Assembly: GCA_046731915.1 (NCBI GenBank)
Contig: JBKPME010000070.1
Coordinates: 13,560-77,559 of the forward strand
Length of the DNA stretch: 64,000 bases
Origin: Actinomycetota bacterium
GTDB lineage: Bacteria; Actinomycetota; Thermoleophilia; Solirubrobacterales; Thermoleophilaceae
Direction: 5' to 3'
The number at the start of each line of letters is the position of its first letter. Position 1 is the first letter of the stretch. This document shows, piece after piece, positions 61,741-64,000 of the stretch. The translations under genes and the position numbers were made by a program. Below the pieces are notes generated by a model. That model made no database searches and was not told where the DNA came from. It saw only the letters and a list, made by a program, of their open reading frames with translations.

Positions 61741-62159
61741 AGGAGCAGGAATACGCCGATCACGATGCACGCATCGGCGATGTTGAACGCCGGCCAGGCA
61801 ACCGGGTCGATCCAGTCGATCACCGCGCCCTCGCGGGCACGGTCGGCCAGGTTCCCGACCGCGCCGCCGAGAAGCAGCCCGACGGGCAGCCACAGCAGCG
61901 GCATGTCGTGGTTCACCAGGAAATAGCCGAGCAGGAGCGCCAGCGAGAGCCCGATCAGGATCGCCACCACCAGCCCGGCGCCCTCGAGCGCGCCGAAGGC
62001 CACCCCTGTATTGCGCGTATTGGTGAAGTCGAGCCCGAAGAAGACGTTCACGTGGTCGCCGCGCTCGATGTTCGAGTCGGCCAGCTGTTTCGTCACCTGG
62101 TCGACCGCCACTACCAGCCCGGCGGTCGCGATCGCCAGCGCCGGGCCCTGCCGGCTCAC
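61698..62159 (-). CDS. lspA: lipoprotein signal peptidase (signal peptidase II)
   Basis: VDQVTK, NTGVAFG and PAFNIADACI motifs, with 4 TM segments. Confidence 0.9.
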   Translation of the reverse strand: MSRQGPALAIATAGLVVAVDQVTKQLADSNIERGDHVNVFFGLDFTNTRNTGVAFGALEGAGLVVAILIGLSLALLLGYFLVNHDMPLLWLPVGLLLGGAVGNLADRAREGAVIDWIDPVAWPAFNIADACIVIGVFLLLWVAERGPRRPRTT

Positions 62160-62461
62160 CCCCGGATCGCGCCGACGACGATCCCGCTCACCAGGATCAG
62201 CACGATCGTCGCCACGATCGGGCTCAGGTCGAGCGCTCCCGAGCCCATCCGGACCATCGGGATGAAGCGCCGGAACAGGTTCAGATACGGGTCCGTGACG
62301 TCGCTCACGAACTGCAGCACCGCGGCGAGGTAGCGGTTGTAAGGCATCCGCGGGATCCAGCTCGTGAGAATCCTGATGAAGATCAGGACGAGGTAGATGA
62401 CGGAAAGCGTCGAGACGTAGTCCGCCACGTCGGCGCGGGTGATTGCCAGGTAGAGCGTCAC
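62156..62461 (-). CDS. yggT: YggT-family membrane protein
   Basis: LVLIFIRILTSWIP...DVTDPYLNLFRRFIP...LDLSPIVA. Confidence 0.85.
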   Translation of the reverse strand: MTLYLAITRADVADYVSTLSVIYLVLIFIRILTSWIPRMPYNRYLAAVLQFVSDVTDPYLNLFRRFIPMVRMGSGALDLSPIVATIVLILVSGIVVGAIRG

Positions 62462-63219
62462 TTGGTGGCCTCCACGACGGCGTCCACGGCCGCCCTCGTG
62501 ACGTCGCGGAGCCCGCGCTCCTCGAGGGCGATCAGGCCACGCTCCGTGGTGCCGCCGGGTGTGGCCACGCGCGTCCGTAGCGCCGGGCCGTCGTAGTCGT
62601 GGCGGGCGAGGTAGTCGGCCGTGCCGCCCATGGTCTCGACCACCATGCGCATCGCATCGGCGGGGTCGAGGCCGTGCGCGCTGCCCGCCTCCGCGAAGCT
62701 CTCGGCCACGAGCGCCATGAAGCCCGGCCCGCAGGCCATCAGCGCCATGGCGGGCTCGATCAGGGGCTCGTCGTCCAGCCGGATGACGGTGCCGGTGCGG
62801 CCCATCAGCTCGAGGATCTCGTCCTCGGGCCCCTCGGCGGCGCCGGGCCCGGGCACGTAGCAGAGCACCGCCCGGCGCACCTCCGCGGGGATGTTCGGGA
62901 TGAAGCGGTAGACCGACGCGCCCGGGTACGCCGCACTGATCTGCTCCGTGCTGGTCGCCGCGAGGATCGAGACGACCACGCCGGGGCGCGCGGGCGCGGC
63001 CTCGGATGCCACCTCCTCGAGCTGCTTGGGCTTGTGGCAGAGCACGACGACGTCGGCCCGCTCGGCGAGCTCCGCGTTGGACCCCACGGCCTCCCCGCCG
63101 AGGTCCTCGGCGAGCGCCCTCGCCTTCGCGTCGTCGATGTCGGAGACGAGCACCGGCTCACCGATGCCGCGAGCGAGCGCCGACGCCATATTCCCCGCTC
63201 CGATGAGGCCCAGCTTCAT
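62458..63219 (-). CDS. proC: pyrroline-5-carboxylate reductase
   Basis: KLGLIGAGNMASALARG, VVLCHKPKQ and TPGGTTERGL. Confidence 0.9.
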   Translation of the reverse strand: MKLGLIGAGNMASALARGIGEPVLVSDIDDAKARALAEDLGGEAVGSNAELAERADVVVLCHKPKQLEEVASEAAPARPGVVVSILAATSTEQISAAYPGASVYRFIPNIPAEVRRAVLCYVPGPGAAEGPEDEILELMGRTGTVIRLDDEPLIEPAMALMACGPGFMALVAESFAEAGSAHGLDPADAMRMVVETMGGTADYLARHDYDGPALRTRVATPGGTTERGLIALEERGLRDVTRAAVDAVVEATK

Positions 63220-63292
63220 TGCGCCGGAAGCCTATCCGGCAGGGTCGGAAATCATGGCTGCGCACCGGGCACTGCCCGGTGCTTGCCGGACG

Positions 63293-63829
63293 TCACGACT
63301 GGTTGAAGAAGCCCTTCTCGATCAGCCGGGCGCGCTCCTCCGCCGAGACCTCGACGTTGCGCGGTGTGAGCAGGAAGACCTTGTCGGCGATCCGCTGCAT
63401 GCCCCCGTCCAGCGCGTAGGTCAGGCCTGAGGCGAAGTCGATCAGCCGCTTGGAGAGATCCGTGTCCGTGCTCTGGAGGTTCAGGATCACCGGGACCGCG
63501 TCCTTGAACTGGTCGGCGATCTGTTGTGCGTCGTTGAAGCTCTTGGGGATCACCAGGTGGACCTGGATTTCCCCACCGCGCGCGGAGCCGCCGTTGCCGC
63601 CCACGGGCCGCAGCACGCGGGTCTCACGGCCGCGCGGCTCGTCGGCGAAGATGTCGTCGAACTCGTCCCGGCGCCGGCGCTGGAGCCGGCGCACGTTGGG
63701 GCGGTCCCGATAGCGATCCTCGAGCTCGGCCTCCGGCTCCGGCTCCGAAATCGCCTCGTAGCGCGGATCTTCCTCCTCAGCGAGGCCGAAGTAGACAAGC
63801 GTGCGATGCCATGTGTCGCGAAGCGCCAT
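63293..63829 (-). CDS. sepF: cell division protein SepF
   Basis: Start MALRDTWHRTLVYFGLAEEE (membrane-targeting helix). Core FNDAQQIADQFKDAVPVILNL...RLIDFASGLTYAL.G...ADKVFLLTP. Confidence 0.85.
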   Translation of the reverse strand: MALRDTWHRTLVYFGLAEEEDPRYEAISEPEPEAELEDRYRDRPNVRRLQRRRRDEFDDIFADEPRGRETRVLRPVGGNGGSARGGEIQVHLVIPKSFNDAQQIADQFKDAVPVILNLQSTDTDLSKRLIDFASGLTYALDGGMQRIADKVFLLTPRNVEVSAEERARLIEKGFFNQS

Positions 63830-63952
63830 ACGACTGGGAAGTTCGAGCGTAAGGAGGAAACTCCTTGTCACGCGGAAGCGTAGCGCCCGGTCCGTTTTCC
63901 GATGCCGGACGACCTAGCCAGCGCTCGCGGGCGGCGCGATACTGGACGCCGT

Positions 63953-64000
63953 ATGTCGCAGGAGAACGTGGACGTCGTGCGCGCGACCTTCGACGCATTC
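63953..64000 (+). CDS. start of a possible SnoaL/NTF2-like protein; 3' end lies outside the window
   Basis: MSQENVDVVRATFDAF is a common NTF2-like N-terminus, but only 16 codons are visible. Confidence 0.3.
   Translation, partial: MSQENVDVVRATFDAF

Noticed and set aside
63220-63292. Hairpin CACCGGG-CACTG-CCCGGTG between sepF and proC as a terminator.
   Set aside because: It is a 7-bp stem without a U-tract inside what looks like a continuous sepF-proC-yggT-lspA operon, so it is more likely incidental.
1-64000. tRNA, rRNA, tmRNA, RNase P or SRP RNA genes.
   Set aside because: I scanned all intergenic regions of 50 bp or more by eye. GGTTCGA-like strings at about 7955 (inside the HAD gene) and about 11876 (intergenic) lack acceptor and anticodon arm complements. 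No rRNA-like conserved blocks were seen. A covariance-model scan would be needed for certainty.

Overview
Very GC-rich bacterial chromosomal segment; third codon positions in real genes are almost always G/C. Gene content (MurT/GatD, WS/DGAT, F420-type LLM oxidoreductase, SepF, Amt-PII, RskA-type anti-sigma domain, RsiG-like protein) suggests a high-GC Actinomycetota lineage, possibly Thermoleophilia/Rubrobacteria-like; this is inference only. All homology calls come from motifs I recognise by eye, since no searches could be run.

I call about 70 protein-coding genes or gene remnants. I found no rRNA, tRNA, CRISPR array, transposase or integrase.

Layout:
- 0-19.5 kb: housekeeping and envelope genes. 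These include an orphan PilB-type ATPase beside a STAS protein, a five-gene translationally coupled operon in which a methyltransferase sits between murT and gatD, dinB, WS/DGAT and amt-glnK.
- 19.5-30.5 kb: an accessory block that looks decayed. It holds two paralogous membrane proteins (one broken), a ParB/Srx-fold protein, an RNHCP protein, a frameshifted ester cyclase, an LLM gene without a canonical start codon and an MFS stub.
- 30.5-38.7 kb: a signalling and cell-wall block. It holds an orphan HisKA_3 kinase with C-terminal 2TM repeats, a beta-lactamase-fold + VanX-type dipeptidase fusion packed against nadE and an adenylate cyclase, and a sigma-region-4/RskA fusion.
- 39-64 kb: conserved core. 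It holds apt, an RsiG-like/FHA/MerR module, pgsA, proS, a GGDEF+HD-GYP protein, ispG, a fadD-like gene inserted between rseP and ispG, rseP-dxr-cdsA-uppS-frr-pyrH-tsf-rpsB, a doubly frameshifted GH65, and rluD-lspA-yggT-proC-sepF.

Non-genic structure:
- A 45-nt palindromic element in two inverted copies that differ by a compensatory stem change (38853-38897 and 51039-51083).
- A perfect 41-bp tandem duplication (49041-49122).
- A 79-bp nested palindrome that contains the stop codons and last five codons of two convergent genes (37198-37276).
- A clean intrinsic terminator after glnK.

Best candidates for new biology:
- The murT-methyltransferase-gatD operon.
- The beta-lactamase-fold/VanX fusion next to an orphan kinase.
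- The single-motif RsiG-like gene coupled to FHA-MerR, within a wider c-di-GMP theme.
- The region-4/RskA fusion.
- The palindromic element family.
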